This document shows positions 39,112 to 49,165 of a DNA stretch of 61,117 nt, one piece after another. The position numbers and the translations under genes were made by a program. Each line of letters begins with the position of its first letter. The stretch's first letter is position 1. A model generated the notes under the pieces. The model was not told the origin of the DNA, ran no database searches, and saw nothing but the letters and a program-made list of their open reading frames with translations. Source of the stretch: a virus (taxonomy: Duplodnaviria; Caudoviricetes). The stretch is taken from the IMG/VR virus record IMGVR_UViG_3300042465_003982, positions 1 through 61,117 of that record. The stretch is one strand, 5' to 3'.

Positions 39112-40819
39112 CTTTAAAAAGATTAGATTCAAGAACTTCGGCTCATTTGGAAACACCTTTTCTGAGATTGATTTCCAGAAAAGTCAAACAACTCTTGTCA
39201 GCGGATCAAACGGAAACGGTAAGTCGTTTGCGTTTCTTGATGCAATTACATTTGCCCTCTTTGGCAATCCTTTTAGAAACATCAATATACCGCAACTTGT
39301 AAATAGCGTAAATAAAGGTAAGTGCCTAGTCGAACTAGAGTTTGAGATCAACAAGACTGAGTATATGATCCGACGCGGCCTTGCCCCAAAGATCTTTGAG
39401 ATCTATAAGAATGGGGAGATGATAGAGCAAGCAGCCAAGACTAAAGATTACCAAGATATGCTTGAGAATCAGATCCTCAAGATGAATAGAAAGACTTTCA
39501 TGCAAGTCATTATTCTTGGTAAGTCTTCGTTCGTTCCTTTCATGGAATTACCCCCGGCTGATCGCCGCCAGGTCATCGAAACAATCCTAGATATTGATGT
39601 CTTCTCGTCAATGAACTTGATATTAAAAGGTAAGCTTTCACAGATAAGGGAGAGTATTAAGATTAATAAGCTTGACCAAAGAGTTATAGACGAAAAGATA
39701 AAACTTTATGAAACTAATCTCAAAAATTTACAATCCAACATGGAGAAGAGCCTTGAAATGTTGGAAAATAAAATTAAAGAGGCGACTGAAGAGATTGATG
39801 GATCTAAACGAAAAATTAAAATTTTAAACAAAGAAATCCTTCAGGAAGGTAAGAAGCTAGAACAATATAAGATTACAGACGAAGATTTGGCTCTTTTGAG
39901 AGAGAAGAAGGCCGATCTTACTGTTAATATCAATACCATAAATGAAGAACTGGAATTCTTTAATAATAATGAGACTTGCCCAACTTGTAAGCAAGCCATT
40001 GAAGAATCCCATAAATGTTCTATTGTTTCGGCTAAGAAGAATAAACTAGCCAAACTAGGAACCAATGCAGAAGAGATTATTAATTCAATAGCTTGGCATA
40101 ACGATATTTTAACTAAGAGCAAAGAAGTCCAAGAACGAATTAAAGAGCTTGTTAGAGAGGTCAAGTCACTTGAACGAGAAGTGGCTAGTCTAGAAAAGGT
40201 AAAGGCAGGATATGAGGCTGATAAGTGTTCTGTAAACGAAGATCAGATAGCTTCTACAAAAGAACAGTTAGAATCTGTTAAAATTGAGAAGAAAGTAAAA
40301 GAAACTGCTTTGATCTCTCTTGAAAAGCAACAAAATGATCACGAACTTGTAGTGGATCTCTTGAAAGATAGTGGAATCAAGGGAAAGATTATAAATCACT
40401 ATCTTCCGATTATAAATAAGTTAGTGAATAAGAATCTCAGTAACATGGGATTCTTCGTGAAGTTCAATCTTGACGGTGAATTTAATGAAAAGATTGAAAG
40501 TAGGCATCGTGACGAATTTTCATATTTGAGTTTCAGTGAAGGAGAAAAGATGAGAATCGACATTTCTCTGCTCCTAGCATGGCGAGAAGTTGCAAGAATG
40601 AAGAACAGTCTTCACTGCAACCTACTCATCCTTGACGAAGTATTTGATTCTTCGCTGGATTCTATCGGAACCGATGAACTTATGAAGTTGCTCAACGGCC
40701 TGAAGAAGGGTTGTAATGTCTTTGTAATCAGCCATAAGACAGATCAACTACACGACAAGTTCAAGAATACGGTTACTCTAGAAAAGAAAAACAATTTTAG
40801 CAAACTGGTACAAAACTAA
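39104..40819 (+). CDS. 46: recombination ATPase gp46 (Rad50/SbcC-like)
   Basis: G.NG.GKS, CPTC hook, FSEGEK.RID, LDEVFDSSLD. Confidence 0.97.
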   Translation: MINFKKIRFKNFGSFGNTFSEIDFQKSQTTLVSGSNGNGKSFAFLDAITFALFGNPFRNINIPQLVNSVNKGKCLVELEFEINKTEYMIRRGLAPKIFEIYKNGEMIEQAAKTKDYQDMLENQILKMNRKTFMQVIILGKSSFVPFMELPPADRRQVIETILDIDVFSSMNLILKGKLSQIRESIKINKLDQRVIDEKIKLYETNLKNLQSNMEKSLEMLENKIKEATEEIDGSKRKIKILNKEILQEGKKLEQYKITDEDLALLREKKADLTVNINTINEELEFFNNNETCPTCKQAIEESHKCSIVSAKKNKLAKLGTNAEEIINSIAWHNDILTKSKEVQERIKELVREVKSLEREVASLEKVKAGYEADKCSVNEDQIASTKEQLESVKIEKKVKETALISLEKQQNDHELVVDLLKDSGIKGKIINHYLPIINKLVNKNLSNMGFFVKFNLDGEFNEKIESRHRDEFSYLSFSEGEKMRIDISLLLAWREVARMKNSLHCNLLILDEVFDSSLDSIGTDELMKLLNGLKKGCNVFVISHKTDQLHDKFKNTVTLEKKNNFSKLVQN

Positions 40820-41124
40820 TGGATCTCAATTTTAAAGGAAAATTTAAGATTGCTAATCCAGACGGTACACTCAAGGTATACGAGTACGGGAGCATTGTAG
40901 AAAAAGAGGGCAAGTATTATGTTGCATCTTTTGAAACAAGTGGATTTTCTCCCGAACACGGCGAAACAAGGGGCTGGAGGCTTCTCAACTCCGCAGGAGT
41001 GCATGTTGGAGCTTCCGCCCCCTACGAGCCAGTTGTTGGTCAGAGATGGTTTAATACAACCGTTGGTATGTTGTATGAATATGTCTATGACAACAACTCG
41101 TATTCTTGGGTAGGTATCTTATGA
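40819..41124 (+). CDS. hypothetical protein with carbohydrate-binding-like and fibre-like beta modules
   Basis: Y..G.IV...GK.Y.A....G.SP......W; P..P.VG.RWFN...G.LY.Y. Confidence 0.55.
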   Translation: MDLNFKGKFKIANPDGTLKVYEYGSIVEKEGKYYVASFETSGFSPEHGETRGWRLLNSAGVHVGASAPYEPVVGQRWFNTTVGMLYEYVYDNNSYSWVGIL

Positions 41125-41282
41125 AAAAACATCCACTTTGGAAAATCATTCGGGCCAGAAAACTTGCAAGATTCTTTAGAAAGAAAAAACTTCGTGATTT
41201 GCGTCACGCCACGAAGAAATTGATGCATGATTTGCGTGACGGGAGCCTTGACTTTTACGACTATTTGCAGGACAATACCTGA
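41121..41282 (+). CDS. small basic protein (53 aa, not in ORF track)
   Basis: ATGA overlap; MKKHPLWKIIRARKLARFFRKKK... Confidence 0.55.
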   Translation: MKKHPLWKIIRARKLARFFRKKKLRDLRHATKKLMHDLRDGSLDFYDYLQDNT

Positions 41283-41303
41283 TCGAAAGGTGAATTTTAT
41301 ATT

Positions 41304-42014
41304 ATGAAAACTACATCCAAACTAACTCTCAGCAAGCCCACTCTTCAGATCCTGAAGAACTTCTCAACGATCAATAGCAATCTGTTGATCCGTCCCGGAA
41401 ACAAGCTTGCTACAATGTCTTCTTATAAGAATATTGTGGCTGAAGCCACGGTAGAGGAGACATTTGATCAGGAATTCGGTATCTGGGATCTATCCCAGTT
41501 CCTAGGTATTCTATCGCTATTTGAAAACCCGGAACTGGAGTTCCACGATAAGTACCTTGAAATTTCGAACGATACCGGGTCTTCGGTCAAGTACTTCTAC
41601 TGTGAGCCAAAGCTGATTACCAGCAATCCGCCAAAGGCCCTTACGATGCCCTCCGTGGTCCTAGAGTTCAGCCTGTCGGACAAGAAGCTGAACGAGCTTC
41701 AGAAGGCTTCTGGAGTCCTTCAGGTCGCTGATATGTCAATCTATGCTGAGGACGGGGAAGTGTTTGCCAAGGTCTGTGATGTCAAGGACAGCACCACAAA
41801 TACCTACTCAATTAGCCTTGGGAGCACCGAAGACTGCCTTGATGCCGATTTTGATGATGATTTTGAGTTCCGTCTAAAGATGGAAAACCTCAAGATGATC
41901 CCAGGTTCTTACGATGTCCAAATTGGAAGCAAGGTCATCAGCAAGTTTACTTCAAAGAATCTAAATCTTACTTATTGGATCGCTCTGGAATCTAGCAGCA
42001 ATAGCGGGAGCTAA
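41304..42014 (+). CDS. 45: sliding clamp gp45
   Basis: T..ILKNF.TIN.N, FGIWDL.QFL, ENLK.IPG.Y, YWIALE. Confidence 0.95.
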   Translation: MKTTSKLTLSKPTLQILKNFSTINSNLLIRPGNKLATMSSYKNIVAEATVEETFDQEFGIWDLSQFLGILSLFENPELEFHDKYLEISNDTGSSVKYFYCEPKLITSNPPKALTMPSVVLEFSLSDKKLNELQKASGVLQVADMSIYAEDGEVFAKVCDVKDSTTNTYSISLGSTEDCLDADFDDDFEFRLKMENLKMIPGSYDVQIGSKVISKFTSKNLNLTYWIALESSSNSGS

Positions 42015-42016
42015 TC

Positions 42017-42967
42017 ATGACAACTGACCAGTACCTGTGGGTCGAGAAGTATCGACCCCAGACGCTATCCGATTGTGTTCTTCCAAAGGAACTAAAAGCC
42101 ACCTTTAGCGAAATGATTAAGGGTGGTGAATTGCAGAATATGATGTTTGTCGGTAAGCCTGGGTGCGGTAAGACTACCGTTGCCAAGGCTCTCTGCAACG
42201 ATCTAGGCTGCGATTATATTCTTATCAACTGCTCAGAAGATGGGAATATCGATACTCTACGAACAAAGATTCGTGGCTTTGCTAGCACTGTATCTTTGAC
42301 CAATGCCAAGAAGGTAGTGATTCTGGACGAGTTCGATTACTCCAATGCCCAGAGCATTCAGCCTGCTTTGCGCGGGGCCATTGAGGAATTTGCAGCCAAC
42401 TGCCGATTCATCATGACCTGTAACTGGAAGTATCGAATCATTGAACCTCTTCACTCTCGCTGCACAGAGATCAACTTCAATATTCAAACAGGAGAAAACT
42501 CCACGCTCGGTCTTGAAATGTACAAGCGAGCTTGCAAAATTCTAACTGCTGAAAATATTGAATACAATGACGGCGCAGTTAGACAACTTGTAATCAAGCA
42601 TTTCCCAGACTTCAGGCGAATCATCAATGAACTTCAGCGATACTCTGTATCGGGAAAGATCGACATCGGAATTCTTTCTGAAGTCAAGGATGTTGATGTT
42701 GCCAAGCTAATTGGTTTCATGGCACAAAAGAACTTCAAGTCTGTTCGTGAATGGATTGTGAAGAACCTGGATAATAGCACGGATATCTTCCGTAAGATCT
42801 ATGATAATCTACAGGAAATGCTAGTTCCAAGCAGCATTCCGCAAGCAATTACCATCATTGCTGAGTATCAATACAAGTCTGCTTTCGTAGCTGATCAGGA
42901 GATCAATCTCACAGCCATGATGGTAGAGATTATGATGAACTGCGAGTTTAAGGGCATCAGCAAATGA
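42017..42967 (+). CDS. 44: clamp loader large subunit gp44
   Basis: LWVEKYRP, G.PG.GKTT, LDEFD, PL.SRC, FPDFRR. Confidence 0.97.
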   Translation: MTTDQYLWVEKYRPQTLSDCVLPKELKATFSEMIKGGELQNMMFVGKPGCGKTTVAKALCNDLGCDYILINCSEDGNIDTLRTKIRGFASTVSLTNAKKVVILDEFDYSNAQSIQPALRGAIEEFAANCRFIMTCNWKYRIIEPLHSRCTEINFNIQTGENSTLGLEMYKRACKILTAENIEYNDGAVRQLVIKHFPDFRRIINELQRYSVSGKIDIGILSEVKDVDVAKLIGFMAQKNFKSVREWIVKNLDNSTDIFRKIYDNLQEMLVPSSIPQAITIIAEYQYKSAFVADQEINLTAMMVEIMMNCEFKGISK

Positions 42968-43332
42968 ATCTAGGAAAGGTTCTAGAATCCATCAACTATA
43001 CTAAGGAAGATATTCTCGACCAAGATGGTCGGGATTATGTTCCTTTTATAGTTAATAAGTCTCTCTCTTATTTTATGGATACCGTGGCCTATGCCAACGA
43101 AATGAACAAGTACCCATTCCTAGACAAGAGAATGCAGTACGATTACTACAGATTGGCTGTCCGTAAGCGAAAGCGGTTCAGCGGATGGGCCAAGAAGGAT
43201 AAGAGCGATGTAATTCAGGCTATTATCAAGTATTACGATGTCTCCTATCGTAAAGCATGTGAATATGAGGTTCTTTTGACCCAAGAACAAAAGGATGCTA
43301 TCGTAAAGCATGTAGAAACATTTAAAATTTAA
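42964..43332 (+). CDS. 62: clamp loader small subunit gp62
   Basis: SIN.TK, Y.PFIVN..LSYF.D.V..ANEMN, VRKRKRF. Confidence 0.93.
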   Translation: MNLGKVLESINYTKEDILDQDGRDYVPFIVNKSLSYFMDTVAYANEMNKYPFLDKRMQYDYYRLAVRKRKRFSGWAKKDKSDVIQAIIKYYDVSYRKACEYEVLLTQEQKDAIVKHVETFKI

Positions 43333-43356
43333 TAAATATCCTTGTATGGAGATATT

Positions 43357-43767
43357 ATGAGCGAAGTTGACGAGGATATTTTTCAAGGTTTAGGTGTAGA
43401 AGTAAAGCTAAAGTCTGAACAGGACTTTTTGAAGGTTAAAGAAACACTAACTCGATTAGGAGTTTCTTCCAAGCAAGAAAAGAAGCTTTATCAATCATGT
43501 CATATTCTGCACAAGAGAGGAAGATACGCAATCATGCACTTCAAGGAGATGTTTGTTCTTGATGGCTTGAAGAGCGATATGGATGAGAATGATCTTGGCA
43601 GAAGAAATGTAATAGTGAAACTTCTTACCGAATGGGGACTTATTCATCCCACAAATCCAGATAAATACAAAGAACCACAGTTGGGGATCAATCAGATCAA
43701 GATTCTTCCCCATTCGGAAAAGAAGGATTGGACTTTAATTCAAAAATATCATATCGGTAAAAAATAA
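43357..43767 (+). CDS. regA: translational repressor RegA
   Basis: DFLKV.ETLTR.GV.S, LYQSCHILHK.GRY.I.HFKE, KY.IG. Confidence 0.96.
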   Translation: MSEVDEDIFQGLGVEVKLKSEQDFLKVKETLTRLGVSSKQEKKLYQSCHILHKRGRYAIMHFKEMFVLDGLKSDMDENDLGRRNVIVKLLTEWGLIHPTNPDKYKEPQLGINQIKILPHSEKKDWTLIQKYHIGKK

Positions 43768-44075
43768 TGTATATTTGTAATGAAGATTATATGCCCCTCG
43801 ACATAAAAGAGGTCGTTTACAAGTTTTTAAATAAGAGAAATGTTACCAAGCCAGTAGAGGTCTACTGGGGTAGAGGTATAGATGAAGCTGTATTTCTCTA
43901 CAGCAAAGATAAGACTAAAACAACTTTAGCCTTCATAGATGATCCTGTGATGACTGAATTTGCATTACAGAATCTTGCCGAAGTAGAATCTCGCTTTGAT
44001 TATATCTTGACTAATTCTCAAGAACTTTTAGAATACTCTAACAAATTTATTAATTATGAAAATAGACCTTCGTGA
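43767..44075 (+). CDS. hypothetical protein
   Basis: Coupled ORF at the start of the glycosylation island. Confidence 0.55.
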   Translation: MYICNEDYMPLDIKEVVYKFLNKRNVTKPVEVYWGRGIDEAVFLYSKDKTKTTLAFIDDPVMTEFALQNLAEVESRFDYILTNSQELLEYSNKFINYENRPS

Positions 44076-44682
44076 AATACCAGTATATTGGATTAATCTA
44101 GACACAGCAACACAAAACGCAGAACGAATGACTAAAATGTTTGAGAAGCTAGGCTTCAAGAACACTATAAGAAAGTCTGCTAGGGTTATTCCATCTCCTC
44201 CTGAAACTATTCAGTCAAATAAACATTATGTTGGTTGTGCTCAATCACATATTGATATATTTGAACTTTCAGACCTAAAACCGCCATTTTTAATTCTTGA
44301 AGATGATGCTGAAGTCATTGAAGAGAATTTTAATCCTATATTAGAAGTTCCAGACGAAACAGATGCAGTGTATCTGGGAGTTAGTATAGGTAATAGAGGA
44401 TATACCTGTGTTCAACATAACAATGATTATAAAAGAATTGCCGGAATTTTAGCAACTCATGCTATCTTATACACAAGCGAAAGATATAGAAAAGAAGCAA
44501 TAGTTATGTCAAAAGATTTGGTTTACAATCGACATACTCCATTTGATGTTGGCTGTGCATATCTTCAAAGATATTTTCGAGTACTAACTCCAAATAAACC
44601 AGTTTTTTATCAAGCAGATGCTGCTGAGAGTGCAAATAAGTGGGAGTATCTTACTAAATGTGAATTGGAAATAAGACCATGA
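44056..44682 (+). CDS. glycosyltransferase, GT25-like
   Basis: YWINLD....R, GC..SH, LILEDDA, THAILY. Confidence 0.75.
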   Translation: MKIDLREIPVYWINLDTATQNAERMTKMFEKLGFKNTIRKSARVIPSPPETIQSNKHYVGCAQSHIDIFELSDLKPPFLILEDDAEVIEENFNPILEVPDETDAVYLGVSIGNRGYTCVQHNNDYKRIAGILATHAILYTSERYRKEAIVMSKDLVYNRHTPFDVGCAYLQRYFRVLTPNKPVFYQADAAESANKWEYLTKCELEIRP

Positions 44683-45446
44683 TTAGTTTTAAACTTTTAG
44701 GAAAATATGGAAGACTCGGTAATCAAATGTTTCAATTTGCATTTCTTTATGGAGCAGGAAAAAAGAATGGATATGAAATAGGTTTTGATTATTCAAACGA
44801 TCCTTTAATAGCTAAAATATTTAATCTTCCAGCAAAAAATTCTGACAATATTACTCAATCTAATATTTTAGATGAAAGAGGAAATTGTGGATATATTGAA
44901 ACAAAAGGAATTAATGATGGAACAGATCTAAAAGGTTATTTTCAAAATAACAAATATATTGATGAAATTGAACCGGAATTAAGAAGTATTTTTATTTTTA
45001 ATGAAGATAAAACAAAAAAATGTTATGAATTTATAAAACAATTAAAAGAAAAAGTTGGAAAACAAATTGTTTCTTTACATGTTAGAAGAACTGATTATTT
45101 AACAGCTGCTGATACGCATTTTGTATGTGATAAAAATTATTACGAACAAGCAATTAAAAATTTTGGAAAAGATTATTATTATATTTTATTTACTGATGAT
45201 AAAAAATGGTGTGCAGAAGAATTTAAACATGTTCCAAATATTATTATGAATAATAATACAGAAATAGATTTATTATTAATGTCTTTATGCGATCATCATA
45301 TAATATCAAATAGTTCTTATTCTTGGTGGGGTTCTTGGTTAAATGAAAATTTAAATAAAAAAATAATTGCACCAAAAAGATGGTATAATAAAAAAGCTCC
45401 TATAAATTGGCATGAAATTTATAGAAAAGATATGGTTTTGATATGA
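44679..45446 (+). CDS. alpha-1,2-fucosyltransferase-like, GT11
   Basis: GRLGNQMFQ, GYFQ, HVRRTDY, C.H.IISNSSYSWW. Confidence 0.9.
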   Translation: MISFKLLGKYGRLGNQMFQFAFLYGAGKKNGYEIGFDYSNDPLIAKIFNLPAKNSDNITQSNILDERGNCGYIETKGINDGTDLKGYFQNNKYIDEIEPELRSIFIFNEDKTKKCYEFIKQLKEKVGKQIVSLHVRRTDYLTAADTHFVCDKNYYEQAIKNFGKDYYYILFTDDKKWCAEEFKHVPNIIMNNNTEIDLLLMSLCDHHIISNSSYSWWGSWLNENLNKKIIAPKRWYNKKAPINWHEIYRKDMVLI

Positions 45447-46234
45447 AAAAATTTATACCACTGGGTTCTGATGTTGATTCTGTAACATGGAAAAATCATA
45501 ATTATATCGTTAATGGATGGACTAAAGTTTCTTCTGTTGAAGAGGCCGATACGATATTATTAATTGATAGCAGATATGTGTACACTAAAGAAGACAAAAA
45601 ATGTATTTTATTTTTATCAGAACCAATAGCAATAATTCCAGAAGTATATGAATTATTACATTATAAAAATTTTGTAAATAAATTTGCTGCAATAGGAACA
45701 TGTCATAAAAGATTTATTTTACATGATAATATTATTTACATAAATCCAACAGCTCCTTGTGGAATAACACCAGAATTAAATCTTAAAAAAGAAAAATTAG
45801 TTTCAATGATTTTTTCTAAAAAAAACATGTCACAAGGACATAAATTAAGGTATTCTATAGGAAAAACTTTTGAGGCTGATAAATTTGGTGAAATGTTTAA
45901 TAATCCTATTCAAGATAAAAAAGAAGGATTAATAGATTATTGTTTTTCATATACGATAGAAAATTGTTCAGAGCAAGGATATTATACAGAAAAAATAAAC
46001 GATTGTTTTTTAACAGGAACTATACCAATTTATTGGGGAGATCCTGATATAGGAAATGTATATAACAAAGATGGAATAATTTTTTTAGAAGAATTAGATT
46101 CATCTAAAATTACTAAAAAATATTATTACAGCAAATTAAAAGCAATTGAAGAAAATTATAACATAGCTTTAAATGTTATAAAAGAAAATACCATAGATAA
46201 TGGAATTCAAAAATTATTCAATCATATATCATGA
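45443..46234 (+). CDS. GT10-like (alpha-1,3/4-fucosyltransferase-related) glycosyltransferase
   Basis: Y.FS..IEN....GYYTEKI.D.F..GTIPIYWG. Confidence 0.75.
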   Translation: MKKFIPLGSDVDSVTWKNHNYIVNGWTKVSSVEEADTILLIDSRYVYTKEDKKCILFLSEPIAIIPEVYELLHYKNFVNKFAAIGTCHKRFILHDNIIYINPTAPCGITPELNLKKEKLVSMIFSKKNMSQGHKLRYSIGKTFEADKFGEMFNNPIQDKKEGLIDYCFSYTIENCSEQGYYTEKINDCFLTGTIPIYWGDPDIGNVYNKDGIIFLEELDSSKITKKYYYSKLKAIEENYNIALNVIKENTIDNGIQKLFNHIS

Positions 46235-47004
46235 CAAATATAACATTTATAATTCCTGTGAGAATAGATTCTCCAGAAAGACATTCTAATATTCTCACCA
46301 CAGTAAATTATTTACTTAAACATACAGATGGGAATATAATCATCACCGAAAATTCTAGCGATAAAAAATTAAATTTTGATAATATTCCTAGAATAACTTA
46401 TAGATTTCAAGAAAATAAAACACCAATATTTCATAGAACAAAAATTTTAAATGAAATGTTGTCTATGGTATCAACTCCAATCACTGTTAATTATGATGCT
46501 GATGTTATATTACCAGTACAATCTTATATTGATGCCCAGGAAATTATATTAAAAAACGATTTTGATATAGTATATCCTTTTAGATATAAACAAATGGATC
46601 AAGTTAAAATATTTTTAGATAGAAAAGATACAGAAAAATTTAAAAATACTTTTGATTTAAGTGATATTATTATTACGAACGATAATATTCACAGTACTAT
46701 GGCTGGGCATTGCCAGTTTATAAAAACAAACTCGTACAGAAAAGCTTTTATGGAAAATGAAAATTTTATTGATTGGGGGCCAGAAGACCATGAAAGACTT
46801 TATAGATTTAATTTGTTGGGTTATAAAATTTCTGGATTAAATTCTAAAGTTTACCATCAGGAACATCCACCAAGCGTAAGAAATGATCTTAATTATAAAA
46901 ATCATAATTTATGGCAATATTTAAAATCTTTATCTCTTGAAGATTATAAAAAATATTATCAAAATCAAGAATATTGGAAAAAATATGAAAATTGCTCTAA
47001 TTAA
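46231..47004 (+). CDS. GT-A glycosyltransferase with GT7-like C-terminus
   Basis: TFIIPVR.D..ER, DAD, ENENF..WG.ED.ER..R. Confidence 0.75.
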   Translation: MTNITFIIPVRIDSPERHSNILTTVNYLLKHTDGNIIITENSSDKKLNFDNIPRITYRFQENKTPIFHRTKILNEMLSMVSTPITVNYDADVILPVQSYIDAQEIILKNDFDIVYPFRYKQMDQVKIFLDRKDTEKFKNTFDLSDIIITNDNIHSTMAGHCQFIKTNSYRKAFMENENFIDWGPEDHERLYRFNLLGYKISGLNSKVYHQEHPPSVRNDLNYKNHNLWQYLKSLSLEDYKKYYQNQEYWKKYENCSN

Positions 47005-47674
47005 TATAGCAACTAATAAATATTCTTTATTTTTAAAATCACTATATCAAAGTGCAGATTATAATTTTTTTCCAGATGAAAATGTAAATTATGTTTTATT
47101 TACAAATAATAATGTAGATTTATCTTCTAAAAATAAAATAATAAAAATTCCAATAGAACATAAGCCTTGGCCATATATGACATTGTATCGTTATAAATTT
47201 TTTGATATGGCAAAAGATATCTTAAAAGAATATGATTATGTTTATTATTGTGATGTTGATATGTTATTTGTTAACAGAATTAAAGAAGATATTGTTTCAG
47301 ATTTAGTAGGAACACTTCACGGTGGATTTTATGATAAACCAAAACATACTTGGACATATGAAACTAATCCTAAATCAACAGCATATATTAAAAATGGTGA
47401 TGGGGATAATTATTATTGCGGCGGATTCAATGGAGGGAGCAGTCAAGAATTTTTAAAAATGTCTGCAATTATAAATGAAAATATAACAATAGATGAAAAA
47501 AATAATATAATTGCTAAATGGCATGATGAAAGTCATATAAATAAATATTTTTATATTAATAAACCAACAAAAATTTTATCAGCAGACTATTGTTGGCCAG
47601 ACACAAATCAAAAAAATGATAATGCAAAAATCATAGCATTAACAAAAGATAATACACTATTTAAATATGGATAA
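46985..47674 (+). CDS. GT6 (ABO-type alpha-1,3-Gal/GalNAc transferase family)
   Basis: IATNKY, WPY.TL.R, DVD, YYCGGFNGG, WHDESHINKY. Confidence 0.9.
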   Translation: MKIALINIATNKYSLFLKSLYQSADYNFFPDENVNYVLFTNNNVDLSSKNKIIKIPIEHKPWPYMTLYRYKFFDMAKDILKEYDYVYYCDVDMLFVNRIKEDIVSDLVGTLHGGFYDKPKHTWTYETNPKSTAYIKNGDGDNYYCGGFNGGSSQEFLKMSAIINENITIDEKNNIIAKWHDESHINKYFYINKPTKILSADYCWPDTNQKNDNAKIIALTKDNTLFKYG

Positions 47675-48338
47675 AATTTCTATAGTTATTCCGGCATATT
47701 TGCCAAATGAAAAATATATTTCTTTTTTGAATCAGGCAGTAGAGAGCTGCAAATGCCAAACAATAAAGCCATATAAAATTATAATTGTTTACAATGGGCC
47801 AGTAGTTCATAAAATAAATGGTGTTAAAAATATAAATTTAAAAATAAAAACAAGTGCATCTGTAGCTAGAAATATAGGAGCAGCAAATTGCCTTGATTCT
47901 GATTATTTTTGTTTTCTTGATGCAGATGATTATTTTCATCCAGAAAAAATTGAAAAACAAATTAAAACTTGTTTGGAAAATAATTTAGATTTTTGTTTTA
48001 CTGAAGCCATTAAGGTTGATGAAAACAATAAAGTGTTGGGTGAATTTACCTATAAGCAAAATGCAAGTAATACTGAGACAATAAAATCTATTTTACCCTT
48101 TGATAATGTTTTAGTAAATTCGTCTGTTATGATCAAGAAAGAATCTTTTCTAAAAGCCGGAATGTTTTGTCCAACGAATGAATACAAGATAGCTATTAAC
48201 GGCCCCCATAATAATGCAAATGGAGCAGTTTACGAAGATTATCTTTTATGGTATAATGCACTTCACAACAATTTTTCTTTTAGAAAAATACCAGAATTTT
48301 TAACATACTATAGAGTAAATACATCGGTGACTAGATGA
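47667..48338 (+). CDS. GT2 glycosyltransferase
   Basis: ISIVIPAY, ARN.G, FLDADD...P.K..KQ, EDY.LW, YR. Confidence 0.85.
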   Translation: MDKISIVIPAYLPNEKYISFLNQAVESCKCQTIKPYKIIIVYNGPVVHKINGVKNINLKIKTSASVARNIGAANCLDSDYFCFLDADDYFHPEKIEKQIKTCLENNLDFCFTEAIKVDENNKVLGEFTYKQNASNTETIKSILPFDNVLVNSSVMIKKESFLKAGMFCPTNEYKIAINGPHNNANGAVYEDYLLWYNALHNNFSFRKIPEFLTYYRVNTSVTR

Positions 48339-49165
48339 TAAATTTAGTATTTTCACAACATGAAAATAAAAATGGTCCAGGAAAAGTGGCAATTAACACT
48401 ATAAAGGGAATGCAACTTTTAGGCGTTCCCTTTACCGTTAATTCAGACAATTCATTTCCGTCAGTATTTCTCCAAGAGAATCCACATATGCGGTCAAAGA
48501 ACCTATCTAAGGATCTTGTTGGACCAAATATATGCGTCTTACCCCCAGACAATAGAGTAATAATGGAACAAAACTATAAGAAGTGTTTAGTTCCATCTTC
48601 TTGGGTATTTGATAAGTATTCTCGTTGGTTAAATCCTAGTAAATTGGCAATATGGGCAGTAGGGATTGATACGGATTTATTTGCTCCTTCTCAAAATAAA
48701 ACTATAGATTTTTTAGTGTATTATAAGAGAAGAGACTTAGACGATTTAAATGCAGTATGTAATTTCTTAAAATCCAAGAATCGAACATTTAAAATAGTTT
48801 CTTACGGAAATTATTCCGAGGAACAATTTAAGCAATGCATGAGCGAATGCAAATACGCATTTTTAATTGATAGGTGCGAGAGCCAAGGTATAGCCGTACA
48901 GGAAATGATGAGCTGTAATTTGCCCATATTGGTATGGGATGTCAGCAGATGGGCTGATAGGGGCGAGGAATATGCCTGTAAAGCCACATCAATACCATAT
49001 TTTACCGAACAGTGCGGAGTATATTTTTATGATAAGGCAAGCATGAATGCAGCATTTGATAATTTTATGCAGTATATTAACCATTTTGAGCCTAGAAAAT
49101 ATATTATAGATAACTTTAGTCTGAAACAAAAAGCAAACGATCTTGTGAGAATTTTATATGATTAA
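48335..49165 (+). CDS. GT-B (GT4-like) glycosyltransferase
   Basis: VPS.WV, GIDT..F.P, ESQGIA.QE.MS...PILV. Confidence 0.75.
   Translation: MINLVFSQHENKNGPGKVAINTIKGMQLLGVPFTVNSDNSFPSVFLQENPHMRSKNLSKDLVGPNICVLPPDNRVIMEQNYKKCLVPSSWVFDKYSRWLNPSKLAIWAVGIDTDLFAPSQNKTIDFLVYYKRRDLDDLNAVCNFLKSKNRTFKIVSYGNYSEEQFKQCMSECKYAFLIDRCESQGIAVQEMMSCNLPILVWDVSRWADRGEEYACKATSIPYFTEQCGVYFYDKASMNAAFDNFMQYINHFEPRKYIIDNFSLKQKANDLVRILYD

Noticed and set aside
23044-40819. Introns or inteins in gp17, gp20, gp23, uvsW, gp46
   Set aside because: Lengths are typical and no intein or homing-endonuclease motifs were seen
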